Shown here: piece by piece, positions 1 through 10,026 of the stretch | How positions within the stretch are numbered: the first letter of the stretch is position 1 | How the letters are laid out: the number at the start of each line of letters is the position of its first letter | Source: an uncultured Solirubrobacteraceae bacterium | Lineage (GTDB): Bacteria > Actinomycetota > Thermoleophilia > Solirubrobacterales > Solirubrobacteraceae | Assembly (NCBI GenBank): GCA_963782325.1 | Contig: CAWAJG010000003.1 | Coordinates: forward strand, 343,737 to 407,736 | Length of the DNA stretch: 64,000 nucleotides | Direction of reading: 5' to 3' | Notes under the pieces: generated by a model | Seen by the model: only the letters and a program-made list of their open reading frames with translations | The model's database searches: none | What the model was told of the DNA's origin: nothing | Program-made: the position numbers and the translations under genes

Positions 1-50
1 AACGCTGAGGTATCCAGGTAGACGAGCTTCTCGTCCACCACGTCGCTCAG
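1..50 (-). CDS. PIN-domain (VapC) toxin, N-terminus only (runs off the window edge)
   Basis: Minus strand reads (L)SDVVDEKLVYLDTSA, a typical PIN first-motif. Start is either CTG at 50 (overlapping the antitoxin stop) or GTG at 41/38. Confidence 0.7.
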   Translation of the reverse strand, partial: MSDVVDEKLVYLDTSA

Positions 51-364
51 AGTCTCTCGCTGCGCTGCTTCTCCAGCGCATGCGAGGTCGCATACGGTTT
101 CGCGGGGTTGGGTGCCCCGAGCTTAGCCGCCGCTGCGAGTACCTGCTCTGTTGAGCGCTCGGCGGGTGTGGCATGTCGCTGATCGAGCCAGCGGTCGAGC
201 TCCGTGCCCTGGTTGGAGAGCAGCTCGCGCGCTCCGCGCAGGATCAGCTCGCGCGCGAGCGTGGCCGTAGGCTTGCGCTCGCCGAGCAACGGCCTGGCGC
301 GCCGCAGCGCCTCATCGAGCTCAGGGTCGCGCGTCAGCGCTATGCGGGGGTGCACGGTGGACAC
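47..364 (-). CDS. Probable VapB-type antitoxin
   Basis: 105 aa (MSTVHPRIALTRDPELDEAL...ALEKQRSERL) directly upstream of and overlapping the PIN gene. TACACT-N6-GTG leaderless-type start. Confidence 0.7.
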   Translation of the reverse strand: MSTVHPRIALTRDPELDEALRRARPLLGERKPTATLARELILRGARELLSNQGTELDRWLDQRHATPAERSTEQVLAAAAKLGAPNPAKPYATSHALEKQRSERL

Positions 365-831
365 CAGACAAGTGTAACACCACAGTTGCACCTCCAGCCA
401 ACGCGTCGTCCTGCGGCTACATGAGATCCAGCGCGGGCGCGTCGAATACGGTGGGGTTTGCGCAACGTACGGCCCTCTCCGCTTTTTTCGGACGTTGCGC
501 AAATTGCCGAGGCTCTCGAGCCGGACCGCAGCGCCGGGATTCAGGCGACCGAGGCTGGTGTGCCGCTGAGCTTCGTCTCGCCGTTCACCTGGTGTTGTCG
601 CTGACTCTCCGGGCTCTTATGCTCGCGTGATGCGGTCCGCCTCTCTCGTCGCGGGCAACGACCGTCGTTCTACGCTCCTTCATGATGCAGATTCCAGATG
701 CAGCCAGATCGACGGCGGACGCGCCGAATGTCAGTGCTTTGCGCAAGCGCCGCCGCGCTCCCCGCGGATAGGCTTGCGCCGCGGACGTCGGGCAGCGGGT
801 CCGGGCGACGCTCTACCAAGGGGGCACGCAC

Positions 832-1977
832 ATGAGCGAGCGGATCGTCGTCCTCGGCGCGGGCTTCGGCGGGCTGGAGCTCTGCACGACGCTCTCGGAG
901 GCGCTCGGCGAGCAGGCGGACGTCACGCTGATCGACAAGTCCGACTCCTTCATGTTCGGATTCTCCAAGCTCGACATCATGTTCCGCGGCGCCGCCCCGG
1001 ACTCGGTGCGCATGAGATACCGGGACATCGCCAAGCCCGGAGTGCGGGTGCTGCGCGAGACGATCACCGCGATCGACCCGCGGACGCGCACGGTGAGCAC
1101 CGACGCGGGCACGCACGAGGCGGACGTGCTGGTGGTCGCGCTTGGCGCCGACTACGACATGGACGCGACCCCCGGTCTCGCAGAGGCCGGCAACGAGTTC
1201 TACTCAATCGCCGGCGCCGAACGGCTCGCCGGGATCATCCCGTCGTTCTCGCGTGGTCACGCCGTGATCGGGATCTGCGGCGCTCCCTTCAAGTGCCCGC
1301 CGGCTCCCAGCGAGTGCGCGCTGATGCTCGACGACGAGCTGACGGCGCGCGGCGTGCGGGACGCCTGCGAGATCTCGATCGTGATGCCACTGGGCACGCC
1401 CGTCCCGCCGTCGCCGGAGACCTCGGCGGCGCTGGAACGGGAGTTCACCGCTCGCAACATCAAGCTGCTCAGCGGGCGGCGGGTGGCCGCGCTCGACCCC
1501 TCGCGCGGCCTGGCTGTGCTCGACGACGGCAGTGAGCTGCCTTTCGACCTCTTCCTCGGCGTCCCAAGGCATCGCGCTCCGGACGTGGTCATCTCGAGCG
1601 GCATGACCGAAGATGGCTACATACCCGTCGACTCCGCCACCCTCGCGACGCGGTATCCGGGCGTCTACGCCGTCGGCGACGTCGCGACCGCGGGAGTCCC
1701 GAAGGCCGGCGTCTTCGCGGAGGGCGCCGCTCGGGTCGTCGCGCAGACGATCGCCTACCAGCTGACGGGCGGCGAGCCGCCCGATCGTCATCTCGGGCAG
1801 GGCACCTGCTACATCGAGTTCGGCCAGGGGCGTATCGGCAGCGTCGACATCGACTTCCTGTCGGGCCCGACCAAAACGGGCACCTTCAATGCTCCCTCGG
1901 CCGAGCAGATGGCAGAGAAGGAGCGGTTTGGCTCGAGCCGCCGCGCTCGCTGGTTCAGTCGCTGCCTGAATCCGTGA
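832..1977 (+). CDS. FAD-dependent oxidoreductase, sulfide:quinone reductase-like
   Basis: VVLGAGFGG Rossmann motif, FKCPPAP motif, YAVGDV and PKAG motifs, CYIEFG C-terminal motif. Confidence 0.85.
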   Translation: MSERIVVLGAGFGGLELCTTLSEALGEQADVTLIDKSDSFMFGFSKLDIMFRGAAPDSVRMRYRDIAKPGVRVLRETITAIDPRTRTVSTDAGTHEADVLVVALGADYDMDATPGLAEAGNEFYSIAGAERLAGIIPSFSRGHAVIGICGAPFKCPPAPSECALMLDDELTARGVRDACEISIVMPLGTPVPPSPETSAALEREFTARNIKLLSGRRVAALDPSRGLAVLDDGSELPFDLFLGVPRHRAPDVVISSGMTEDGYIPVDSATLATRYPGVYAVGDVATAGVPKAGVFAEGAARVVAQTIAYQLTGGEPPDRHLGQGTCYIEFGQGRIGSVDIDFLSGPTKTGTFNAPSAEQMAEKERFGSSRRARWFSRCLNP

Positions 1978-1985
1978 GCTGAGCC

Positions 1986-3356
1986 TCAGCTGACCCGGTT
2001 CGCGACCACCTGGAACGTCGCTTCCCCGGACCCTTCCTGCGTGTTGACGCTCGTCTGGCCTGGCGAGAGGGGCATGTAGACCGGGAACGGCGCCTGTAGG
2101 AAGGCATTGACGAACAGTTCCCCGAATGCGCCCAGGGCCTGGCAGGCCGGCGGCCCCGAGACGCTGATCGTTATGTGGTTGTCGGAGCTGGCGAGTTCCA
2201 AGAGGAACCCCGTTTCCATGATCTTCCCGGAGATGTTGAAGTGAAAGGAGGATCCGGACAGAGTGCCCGTACCGACCTGCGTCCCGTTTTCATAGCACGG
2301 TCCCGTCTCGCTGGCGATTTCTCCCGGCCAGCCGCCGCCCACGCCGGAGCCGTCCTGAATCGTCCCCGCCTTGCGGTTGACCACGAAGGCTGCCGGCCCC
2401 CAGGTCATTCCCGGGCCGGAGGGCCCCGTGATGGTGACCGACAGCGACCATTCTTCACAGTTGCTGGAGGCGCTGCCCGTGCCCTGTTCGGCGACCGCTT
2501 CGAGGAGCCCTTTGACGGTTTCGATGTCGCCCGGATTGTCAGCGCCGAGGAGAATCGCCACAGTCAGCGCGCGCATGAGGCACGGCGCGTCGTCCTTGGT
2601 GATCGAGCAGGCTCCGAGCTTCTCGCCCGCGTCCAACGCTTCCCTGGCCGCCGTGCCAGCATGCCCCAGCGCTTCATCGGCGATCTTTTCACTGCCCAGC
2701 CATTGGGCCGCCGCGGCGACGCTCGCCCAGTCGCCGGCCGACTGCGCGCCGCCTGCGCCTTCTTTCACCCATTCCGCGAAGTCTTCCCGCGCGTCGTCGA
2801 TCGCTTCGTCGGCGCCGTGCTCGTCGCCGACCAGATGCGCGGCGGCGGCGGCGGCGAGATCGTCGGCCACTCCGTCGACATCGTGGAGGCTCACGTGCAC
2901 GGTCCCGTCGAACGAGCACCCGCTCGCCGCGCGCGCCCGCGGCGCGCTCGAGGCGCCGTGGGCTGGCCCGGGGAGCGGCGATCCGTGGGTAGCCGATCCG
3001 CGGATCGCGGCAAGCAACTGCGCAAGCAGCCGGCGCGCGCGGGCGCGCTGGCCGTGGCGGTACAGCGAGGCTATGCGCGCCGCCTTGGCACGGACAGACG
3101 CGCGGGCGCTGCCCTGACACACCTCCTTCGCGGTGCTGGCTGCTTCACCCAGCTGGAGCTTGACGATCGACGACGCCGACCCTGTCACCGAGCCGACGGT
3201 CGGTGCGCTGCCGGCGCCCGAGACATTCAGCGCCAGCTTCACCTTCCCCGCGGAGCAGTTGTGCAGGACGGCGCTCGCCGGCAGGGCGGTGGCCACGCTC
3301 GGTGATCCGAGCGCGAGCACCGCGAGGGTCGTGGTCAGCGTGCCGCGTATCCGCAT
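1986..3356 (-). CDS. Secreted hypothetical protein
   Basis: 456 aa ORF with signal peptide, Ala-rich helical middle and Cys/beta-rich C-terminus. Confidence 0.7.
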   Translation of the reverse strand: MRIRGTLTTTLAVLALGSPSVATALPASAVLHNCSAGKVKLALNVSGAGSAPTVGSVTGSASSIVKLQLGEAASTAKEVCQGSARASVRAKAARIASLYRHGQRARARRLLAQLLAAIRGSATHGSPLPGPAHGASSAPRARAASGCSFDGTVHVSLHDVDGVADDLAAAAAAHLVGDEHGADEAIDDAREDFAEWVKEGAGGAQSAGDWASVAAAAQWLGSEKIADEALGHAGTAAREALDAGEKLGACSITKDDAPCLMRALTVAILLGADNPGDIETVKGLLEAVAEQGTGSASSNCEEWSLSVTITGPSGPGMTWGPAAFVVNRKAGTIQDGSGVGGGWPGEIASETGPCYENGTQVGTGTLSGSSFHFNISGKIMETGFLLELASSDNHITISVSGPPACQALGAFGELFVNAFLQAPFPVYMPLSPGQTSVNTQEGSGEATFQVVANRVS

Positions 3357-3520
3357 TTCATGCCCGTCGTGTGCTCGTGCGCGTCAGCTCCACGCCGGGT
3401 GCGCGGGAGGCGACGTATCGAGTCTCGGTATCGACCGAGGCCGTCTCGCGCTTGAGAAGAGACCCCGATCTATCCCGAGCTCTACTCAGGCGGATCAGGT
3501 AGCGCGAGGACGCGTTCCAC

Positions 3521-3862
3521 GAGCGCCGTGTCGCAGTACTCGAGCACTTCCGTGAGGCGCTACGCGACTGGAGCGCGAAGATCGGTCTCGTGGCGCGTGG
3601 CTTCGGGACCACGGTCGTGCCCGGGCTGTCGGCGCGAACGTTGCCGGCGAGCGTTGTCGTCTCGGCGATCGAGCACCCGGCCGCGGTGCGCACGGTCGCG
3701 CTGGCCAGACGCGCCGGGGTCGACGAGCCGCACGTCGCGGCGATCCTCGAAGCGCTGCGAGACTCGGTGCCCGGGACCATCGGCCATCCGCGAGGCGTGC
3801 GCGGACCGACGCCGCATTCGCCAGTCGGCCGCGATGATCAGGGCGAAGCTCAGCCCGTGTAG
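3521..3862 (+). pseudogene. Remnant of a LysR substrate-binding domain C-terminus
   Basis: RDWSAKIGLVARGFGTTVVPGL...RTVALARR...VAAILEAL resembles a LysR C-terminus. No HTH part upstream. Confidence 0.5.
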
Positions 3863-6800
3863 CTGAACAGCGCCGTCGACGGCGCGTCGCCGCTGCCGGT
3901 GAAGTAGCTCTCCACCGTCGTCACGGTCACCGGCACCTTCGTGCCCGCGATCCCCGGTGGCGAGACCGCGCTCAGCGTCGTCGTCGAGCCACACGCGAGG
4001 ATCGTTTCGATCGGGCTGAAAGACTCCGCGTCGGTGCTGCCGAAGGCGACCGCCAGCGGGCAGCCGAGGTTCTGGCCGTGCACCGTCACCTTCGTGGCGC
4101 CGGCCGCGCTTCCGGAGCGCGGCACGAGCGATTCGACGGCTGGCTGGCCTGGGGGGTAGAGGTAGAACAGGTCCGCCTTCGACCTGGCGCTGCAGCCGCT
4201 CACGGTGCACACCTGCACATTCGCCAGCGCGGGGTTCTGGGAGACCGTCCGGGTGCTCAGCCGCGTGTTGGAGGTGGCGGTGAAGCTGAAGTTGGTGCCT
4301 TCCGAGGGCTGGCTGAGGCTGTCGGTGAAGCGCACGAGCGTCACCTGTTCGCGCAGGCCCCTGCCGGTGATCGCGATCGGGGCGCCGCCGGTGTCGGCGG
4401 CGCCGCTGACGCCTTCCAGGCGCACGTCGCTGGCCGTGCTTTCCACGCCCGACACGCGCGGCACGCCCGCGTACCGGACGCTCGCCGGAGTCGATTCGCC
4501 GGCCAGCGTGCGGATCACCAGCGGGACGCTCTTCTCCCCGACGCTCGCTTCTTCCGGTTCTTCGACGAGCGCCGGCGCTTCGATCTGGATCTCGGTGCCG
4601 CTGATGAAGGCGATCGTTTCGTTGAGCGTCCCCAGTTCCATCACTTCTTCGACGCCCGTGCCCTCGAACTCGGCGTAGTCGAGCGTGAAGCGGCCGAGCC
4701 CGGCGCCGTGGATCGTCACGAGCGTCCCGCCTGTCTCGCTCGCCAGGCTGCCGGCGCCACCCGAGGTCGAGACGGAGGTGATGGTCGGCGGCGGGGCGTA
4801 GTCGTACTCGGTCGGCGCCGGGTACACCTCGCAGCGGCATCCCGGGGGCGCCTTCAGCGCCCCGTCCTGTTCGAAGCTCGGCGGGCCCTCGAACGGGGGT
4901 CGGATCCGCGCGGTCGCGCTGGCGCCGGCCGGGCCGTGGACGACCACCTGGACCTGGCAGATGTCGTTGGCGGCGCTCTCGCCCGCGTACACCCCGCCTG
5001 CGGGCAGCGGCGCGCAGGCGGTCGCGGGCGAGTAGGGGGGAGGGGTGACGAGGATCTCCGAGTCGCTCAGCACCTTGAAGCTCGCAGCAGTGACGCCGCC
5101 GAAGCTCACGCTGTCGGCGGCGGTGAAGCCGGAGCCGAGGATCGTCACCGGCGCCGGCGCCGTCTCGCTGCCGCCGTAGGGAGTCAGGCCGGTGACGCTC
5201 GGCCGCAGTCCGCGCAGGCCGTCGACGTACTCGAACCTCGACGCCGGACCCGACGGGCTCGACTGGCCGTCGGTGAGCGTCACGATCACATCGGCCGGGC
5301 CGGCTCCGTCCTGCGGCGCCGGCGAGTCCGCCGGCAGCGTGTCGCGTGCGGGCGGCATCGCGATCGTCAGCGTCGTCGGCCCGAGAACGTGCAGCGAGCC
5401 GGCGGGCACCTGCCAGGCGCCGACCTGCACGCCCGCCACGTCCGGGGTCCCGCCGCTCTCGAAGCCCGTGCCCGTGACCTGCACGCTCTCCCCGCCCGCG
5501 CTCGGCCCAGAGCCGGGGGACAGCCCCGTGACGCTCGGCCTGCTCGCCTGCGCGACGTAGCTGCACAGGTAGTAGGCGAGCCCCGCCGAGCCGCCCGGGC
5601 CGGTCATCCGTGGCGAGCCCAGGCCCGAGGCCAGGTCGTAGCCCGGCCGGGCGGGGTAGACCTTCCCGTCGTCGAGCCCGTACTGGTCGATGTCGCCTTC
5701 GGCGATGTCGTTGAACGAGGCCGCGTACGCGGCGGGGTCGGAGGCGATCGCATACAGCAGCGGCGGCGCGAAGCCCACGCCGGCGGCGCTCGCGGCATTC
5801 GAGCGGCAGGTGGGCGAGGCGTCGGCGAGAGCGAGCATCCCCGCCCAGATCGGCGTCGAGGAGGATGTGCCGCCGGTGGTGATCCAGCCGCTCGGCGCCA
5901 GTTCTTCGCCTTCTCCCCTGAAGTCCTCGCTGTAGATGGTGACCGCGCCCGTGAACTCGTCCGCCTGGGCGGAGACGTCGGGCACGAGCCGGCAGGGAGT
6001 GCTCGCGTCCCCCTGCGGGGACGATGCGGCGCCCGCCAGCGTCGAGTCGCAGAACCCGGTCGGGTAGCCGAAGCGCTGCTCGACGCGCGCGCCTTCGAGG
6101 TAGTCGGCGCTCCCCGGCAGATCGATGCCGGGCACGGAGGCGTCGCGCTGCCAGCCGGGCATGGCGAACGCCTGGGAGATCCCGCCGCCCCCCGCGCCGC
6201 CGAACGGGCCGTCGTTCCAGACGTGCTCCTGCGCGGGCTGCGTGGCGTCGGTGATCGTCGTGCCGCCCACGCCCAGGACGTAGGGCTGGCTCGAGATTTC
6301 TCCCGTGGAGATCGGGTTCTGACCCGGTTGCGGGGAGATTTCGCGGTGCACTTCTTCGCAGCTGTCGCTGCCGTTGTCGCCGGCGGCGCCGAGGAACGTC
6401 TGGCCCTGGGCGGCCGCCTGCTGGAAGAGGAAGCTCAGCGCCTCCTGGGTCCCCGGCTGGCCGTCCTGCTCCTCTTCTTCGCACGGCTGTCCGTAGCTGG
6501 AGGTGATGATCTGGTCACGGTCTTCGTCGACCATCGCCGCGATCTCCGCCACTTCCCCCTCGGGCGTTTCCGGGTTCTCGTACACGTCGATGTCCGCCCC
6601 GGGCGCCATCGCGGAGACGTCCTCGACGTCCAGCACCGCCTCCCCGTCGGAGCCCGGGCCCGGCGGGATCCCGCCTTCCAGGGGGATCACGCTCAGGCGA
6701 GAGAGCATTTCCGAGGCGGCGCTCGCGCCGAAGTAGCAGCTGTCGAAGTGCTCGATGTCCGAGGGCAGGAACGGTTCCTCCTCGAACACGCCGATGTGCA

Positions 6801-7680
6801 CCCCCGCGCCCGTGTCGCCGACGCCGTACAGGCCAAACGCGCCGTACGAGTAGGCGATCTGGTCGTCCGTCAGGCCGCCGGCCGCCGTGGCCGCCGCGCT
6901 GGCCGCGTGGCAGGCGTCGGGCGAGCCGGGCGGGTGCGGGAAGCCGGCCGCCTTCGCTGCCGGGAAACGGCCGTAGCGCGAAGCCGGTCTGCGCACGCGC
7001 AGCGGGTGGGAGTGCGCGAAGTCGTCCAGTCCGACGACCGCCGCCACGGACCCCGCGATCGCGCTCGGGAGCGCGGGCGCGGAGGCGCTCGCGCGCTCCA
7101 CCACACCGTCGCTCAGCCGGTAGTCGCGCAGTTCGGTCGCGAACGCGCTCGCCACGCGCGAGGACGAGCCGGAGAAGCGAATCAGCATGTCGTCGCCGGC
7201 GGGCGTCTCGACGCGCAGTCCGTCGCCGGCGAGCTTCCTGCTCACGGCGGCGACGGTCCTCGACGTCGGCCCGAAGCGGCTGGCGAACTGTCCCTTCGAC
7301 AGGCGGTGGCCGAACAGCGGCGAGCTGCGGTGGCTGACAGCGGCGATGAAGCCTTCCAGCGCCTGCTCGTCGCGCGGGCGCAGCACGAGCGCTCCCGAGA
7401 CGATCGCGCCCGCCGGCGCTTGGCCGAGGTCCCTCACCCCGCGCGGCAGCCTCGGCGCCGCGCCGACGCGCGTGACGCCGCTCTGCCCGGCGGCGGTGGA
7501 AGAGGCGATCGCCACCGCCAGCGCGAGCGGCGCCGCGAGGGTCAGCACGATGCCCGCGAGCCTGCGGCCCGAGCGCCGGCGGCGGGCGCGGCGCAGCGCG
7601 CGGGCGCCGCGTCCTGCGCCGCCCATCCTCTCCGTCTGCTGGTTGCGCTCATCCATGACGACCCCTTGGGCGAACATCAT
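3850..7680 (-). CDS. Secreted S53 (sedolisin/kumamolisin) peptidase with propeptide and multiple IPT/TIG domains
   Basis: Pro-kumamolisin-like propeptide; EAVLDVE (Glu/Asp), AAGDNG oxyanion and GGTSSSTP (Ser) motifs; GYDLASGLGSP; repeated P-x-V-x-x-L-x-P...GG..V-I-x-G-x-GF IPT units. True start may be 7656. Confidence 0.9.
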   Translation of the reverse strand: MMFAQGVVMDERNQQTERMGGAGRGARALRRARRRRSGRRLAGIVLTLAAPLALAVAIASSTAAGQSGVTRVGAAPRLPRGVRDLGQAPAGAIVSGALVLRPRDEQALEGFIAAVSHRSSPLFGHRLSKGQFASRFGPTSRTVAAVSRKLAGDGLRVETPAGDDMLIRFSGSSSRVASAFATELRDYRLSDGVVERASASAPALPSAIAGSVAAVVGLDDFAHSHPLRVRRPASRYGRFPAAKAAGFPHPPGSPDACHAASAAATAAGGLTDDQIAYSYGAFGLYGVGDTGAGVHIGVFEEEPFLPSDIEHFDSCYFGASAASEMLSRLSVIPLEGGIPPGPGSDGEAVLDVEDVSAMAPGADIDVYENPETPEGEVAEIAAMVDEDRDQIITSSYGQPCEEEEQDGQPGTQEALSFLFQQAAAQGQTFLGAAGDNGSDSCEEVHREISPQPGQNPISTGEISSQPYVLGVGGTTITDATQPAQEHVWNDGPFGGAGGGGISQAFAMPGWQRDASVPGIDLPGSADYLEGARVEQRFGYPTGFCDSTLAGAASSPQGDASTPCRLVPDVSAQADEFTGAVTIYSEDFRGEGEELAPSGWITTGGTSSSTPIWAGMLALADASPTCRSNAASAAGVGFAPPLLYAIASDPAAYAASFNDIAEGDIDQYGLDDGKVYPARPGYDLASGLGSPRMTGPGGSAGLAYYLCSYVAQASRPSVTGLSPGSGPSAGGESVQVTGTGFESGGTPDVAGVQVGAWQVPAGSLHVLGPTTLTIAMPPARDTLPADSPAPQDGAGPADVIVTLTDGQSSPSGPASRFEYVDGLRGLRPSVTGLTPYGGSETAPAPVTILGSGFTAADSVSFGGVTAASFKVLSDSEILVTPPPYSPATACAPLPAGGVYAGESAANDICQVQVVVHGPAGASATARIRPPFEGPPSFEQDGALKAPPGCRCEVYPAPTEYDYAPPPTITSVSTSGGAGSLASETGGTLVTIHGAGLGRFTLDYAEFEGTGVEEVMELGTLNETIAFISGTEIQIEAPALVEEPEEASVGEKSVPLVIRTLAGESTPASVRYAGVPRVSGVESTASDVRLEGVSGAADTGGAPIAITGRGLREQVTLVRFTDSLSQPSEGTNFSFTATSNTRLSTRTVSQNPALANVQVCTVSGCSARSKADLFYLYPPGQPAVESLVPRSGSAAGATKVTVHGQNLGCPLAVAFGSTDAESFSPIETILACGSTTTLSAVSPPGIAGTKVPVTVTTVESYFTGSGDAPSTALFSYTG
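6007..6027 (-). repeat. Intragenic palindromic element copy (ASSPQGD) in S53 peptidase
   Basis: GCATCGTCCCCGCAGGGGGAC. Confidence 0.75.
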
Positions 7681-7719
7681 GACGGCATCCGCTCGGTCTA
7701 TAAGTACCCGGCACTCGCA

Positions 7720-9792
7720 ATGTTGGAACGACTCGCCAACCTAGGTGTCCGCCGGCCGGCTCGCATGGGCGCGCTGGCGCTGATCGTGCTGCTCGCCGGC
7801 GGCGCCATCGGCAGCCGCGCCCCCGGCCTGCTGAAAGCGCCGAACGCATTCGAGGCTCCCGGCTCCCAGGCGGCCACCGCGCGTCGCCAGCTCGAAGGCG
7901 CGAGCGGCGCGCAGGGCGCGGCGGGCGTGATCGCGCTCGTGCGGGCGCCGCCGCTGAGCGCCGTCACCGCGCGGACGGAGCGCGCGCTCGCCGGCGACCG
8001 CGACATCGTGGGGGTGAGGAGCTACGCGCAGACGCACGACCCGCAGACGGTCGCCCGCGACGGCCGCTCGAGCGTGATCGCGGCGAGCCTGCGCGCAGGC
8101 GTCGAACGCGAAGCCGGCGTGAAGAGCCTGGAACGGGCGTTCGCCGGGGATCGGAAGGTGCTGCTGGGCGGCTCCAGCGTGGCGGCGGCGCAGATCGAAC
8201 AGCAGTCCTCCGAGGACCTCGGTTTCGCGGAGGCGCTCGTGTTCCCGGCGCTGGCGCTGCTCGCGTGGTGGATCTTCCGCGGCGTCGCCGCGCTGCTGCC
8301 GCTGCTCGTGGGCGTCCTCAGCGTGCTGAGCGCGTTCACGCTGCTGGTGGCGATCAACGCGGCGGTGCCGCTGTCGATATTCGCGCTGAACCTCGTCTTC
8401 GGGCTCGGCTTCGGCCTGGCGGTGGACTACAGCCTGTTCCTCGTCTCGCGCCTGCGCGAAGAGCTGGGGGCCGGCGCCCAGGTGGCGGACGCGGTGCGCA
8501 CGACGATGACGACCGCCGGCCGGACGGTTTGCTTCAGCGCCCTGATCGTCGCCGCCGCCGGCGCCTCGCTGACCGTCTTCCCGCTGCGCTTCCTGCAGTC
8601 GATGGGCCTCGGCGGCGCGATCGTGGCGCTGCTCGCGGCGGCGGTGTCGCTGACGTTCCTGCCGGCGATGTTCATGCTGCTCGGCACGCGCATCGGCCGC
8701 CATGTGCCCGGCCCCGAGAGCGAGGGCCGCTGGTACCGGCTCGCCCACGCGGTGATGCGCCGCCCCGGCGCCGTCGCCGCGACCACCGCCGCGGTGATGC
8801 TCCTGCTGGCGAGCTACAGCCTGAACGTCCGCTGGACGGGCGTCGACGCGTCGATACTGCCCACGAGCAAGAGCGCGCGCGTCGTCAACGACCAGCTCGA
8901 AACCGAGTTCCCCCACGTGAACGCCACGCCGATCGCGATCGCGATCTCGGCCCCCGCGGGGGCGGACGGCCGGCTGACCGCCTACGTCCGGTCGGTCGCC
9001 CACGTGCCCGGGGTGAGCGCCGTCGCCGGCCCGCGCTACCTCGGCGGGGACACCTGGGAACTGCGGGCGAGCACAGGCGCCAGCGGCGCGCTCAGCGCTG
9101 TCGCCCAGCGCGCCGTCGATGCGATCCGCGAGCTCGAATCGCCCGTGCCCGTTGCCGTCGGCGGCGAAGCGGCGGAGTTCCACGACCTGCAGGCCGCCAT
9201 CGGGTCGAGGCTCGCGCTCGCGCTCGCCATCCTCGTCGTGGTGACGCTGCTCGCGCTGTGGGCGATGACCGGCTCGGTGGTCCTGCCGGTGAAGGCGCTG
9301 GCGATGACCGCGCTCAGCGTCGGGGTTGCGACCGCCGCGCTCGTCTTCGTCTTCCAGGACGGCCGGTTCACCGGCCTGTTCGGCTACCGGCCGCAGGGAG
9401 GGATCGAATCGGCGGACTTCCTCGTGCTCGTGGCGATCTCGTTCGCGCTGTCCACCGACTACGGCGTGTTCCTGCTCACCCGCATCAAGGAGGCCCGCGA
9501 CAGCGGGATCGACGATCGCGAGGCGATCGCCGTGGGACTGCAGCGCACCGGGCCGATCGTGACGGCGGCCGCGATCCTGCTGTCGGTCGCGATCGGGGCG
9601 TTCATGACCTCGCACCTCGTCTTCCTGCAGGAGCTCGGCCTCGGCGCCGTCGTCGCGCTGCTCGCCGACGCGTTCGTCGTCCGCGCGCTGCTGGTCCCCT
9701 CGCTGATGTGCCTGCTCGGTCGCTGGAACTGGTGGCAGCCGCTGAGCCTGCGCCGTCTGCACGAGCGCGTCCGCCTGCGCGAGGCCGGCTGA
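7720..9792 (+). CDS. MMPL/RND family transporter
   Basis: GLAVDYSLFLVSRLREEL and LSTDYGVFLLTRIKEA motifs; two TM bundles. Start MLERLA at 7720. Confidence 0.92.
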   Translation: MLERLANLGVRRPARMGALALIVLLAGGAIGSRAPGLLKAPNAFEAPGSQAATARRQLEGASGAQGAAGVIALVRAPPLSAVTARTERALAGDRDIVGVRSYAQTHDPQTVARDGRSSVIAASLRAGVEREAGVKSLERAFAGDRKVLLGGSSVAAAQIEQQSSEDLGFAEALVFPALALLAWWIFRGVAALLPLLVGVLSVLSAFTLLVAINAAVPLSIFALNLVFGLGFGLAVDYSLFLVSRLREELGAGAQVADAVRTTMTTAGRTVCFSALIVAAAGASLTVFPLRFLQSMGLGGAIVALLAAAVSLTFLPAMFMLLGTRIGRHVPGPESEGRWYRLAHAVMRRPGAVAATTAAVMLLLASYSLNVRWTGVDASILPTSKSARVVNDQLETEFPHVNATPIAIAISAPAGADGRLTAYVRSVAHVPGVSAVAGPRYLGGDTWELRASTGASGALSAVAQRAVDAIRELESPVPVAVGGEAAEFHDLQAAIGSRLALALAILVVVTLLALWAMTGSVVLPVKALAMTALSVGVATAALVFVFQDGRFTGLFGYRPQGGIESADFLVLVAISFALSTDYGVFLLTRIKEARDSGIDDREAIAVGLQRTGPIVTAAAILLSVAIGAFMTSHLVFLQELGLGAVVALLADAFVVRALLVPSLMCLLGRWNWWQPLSLRRLHERVRLREAG

Positions 9793-9844
9793 CCGCACGG
9801 CGCGCGGCGAGCCGTCACGAAGACACACGCGCCCCTCCAGTATG

Positions 9845-9858
9845 CGAACATATGTTCG
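9845..9858. promoter_or_regulatory. LexA (SOS) box
   Basis: Perfect palindrome CGAACATATGTTCG matching the Gram-positive consensus CGAAC-N4-GTTCG. Confidence 0.8.
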
Positions 9859-10026
9859 TATGGAGTGGAGCGGATCGGTTGGCGTCGCCGATGGGAGTCT
9901 GCCAGTTGGCAGGCTGGCAGACGCACGTCGGCCGGTCGGTCAAGTGGCAGTCAGGCATCAGGCACTCGCGCAAGTGGCTGATGAGCATCAGTCGCATTCC
10001 GCTCCCTGGACAGGGAGAGTGCGGCC

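Noticed and set aside
4078-7719. 1904-aa ORF extension of the MMPL gene and other long antisense or alternate-frame ORFs
   Set aside because: Shadow ORFs of high-GC coding sequence, Arg/Ala/Gly-rich and without motifs.
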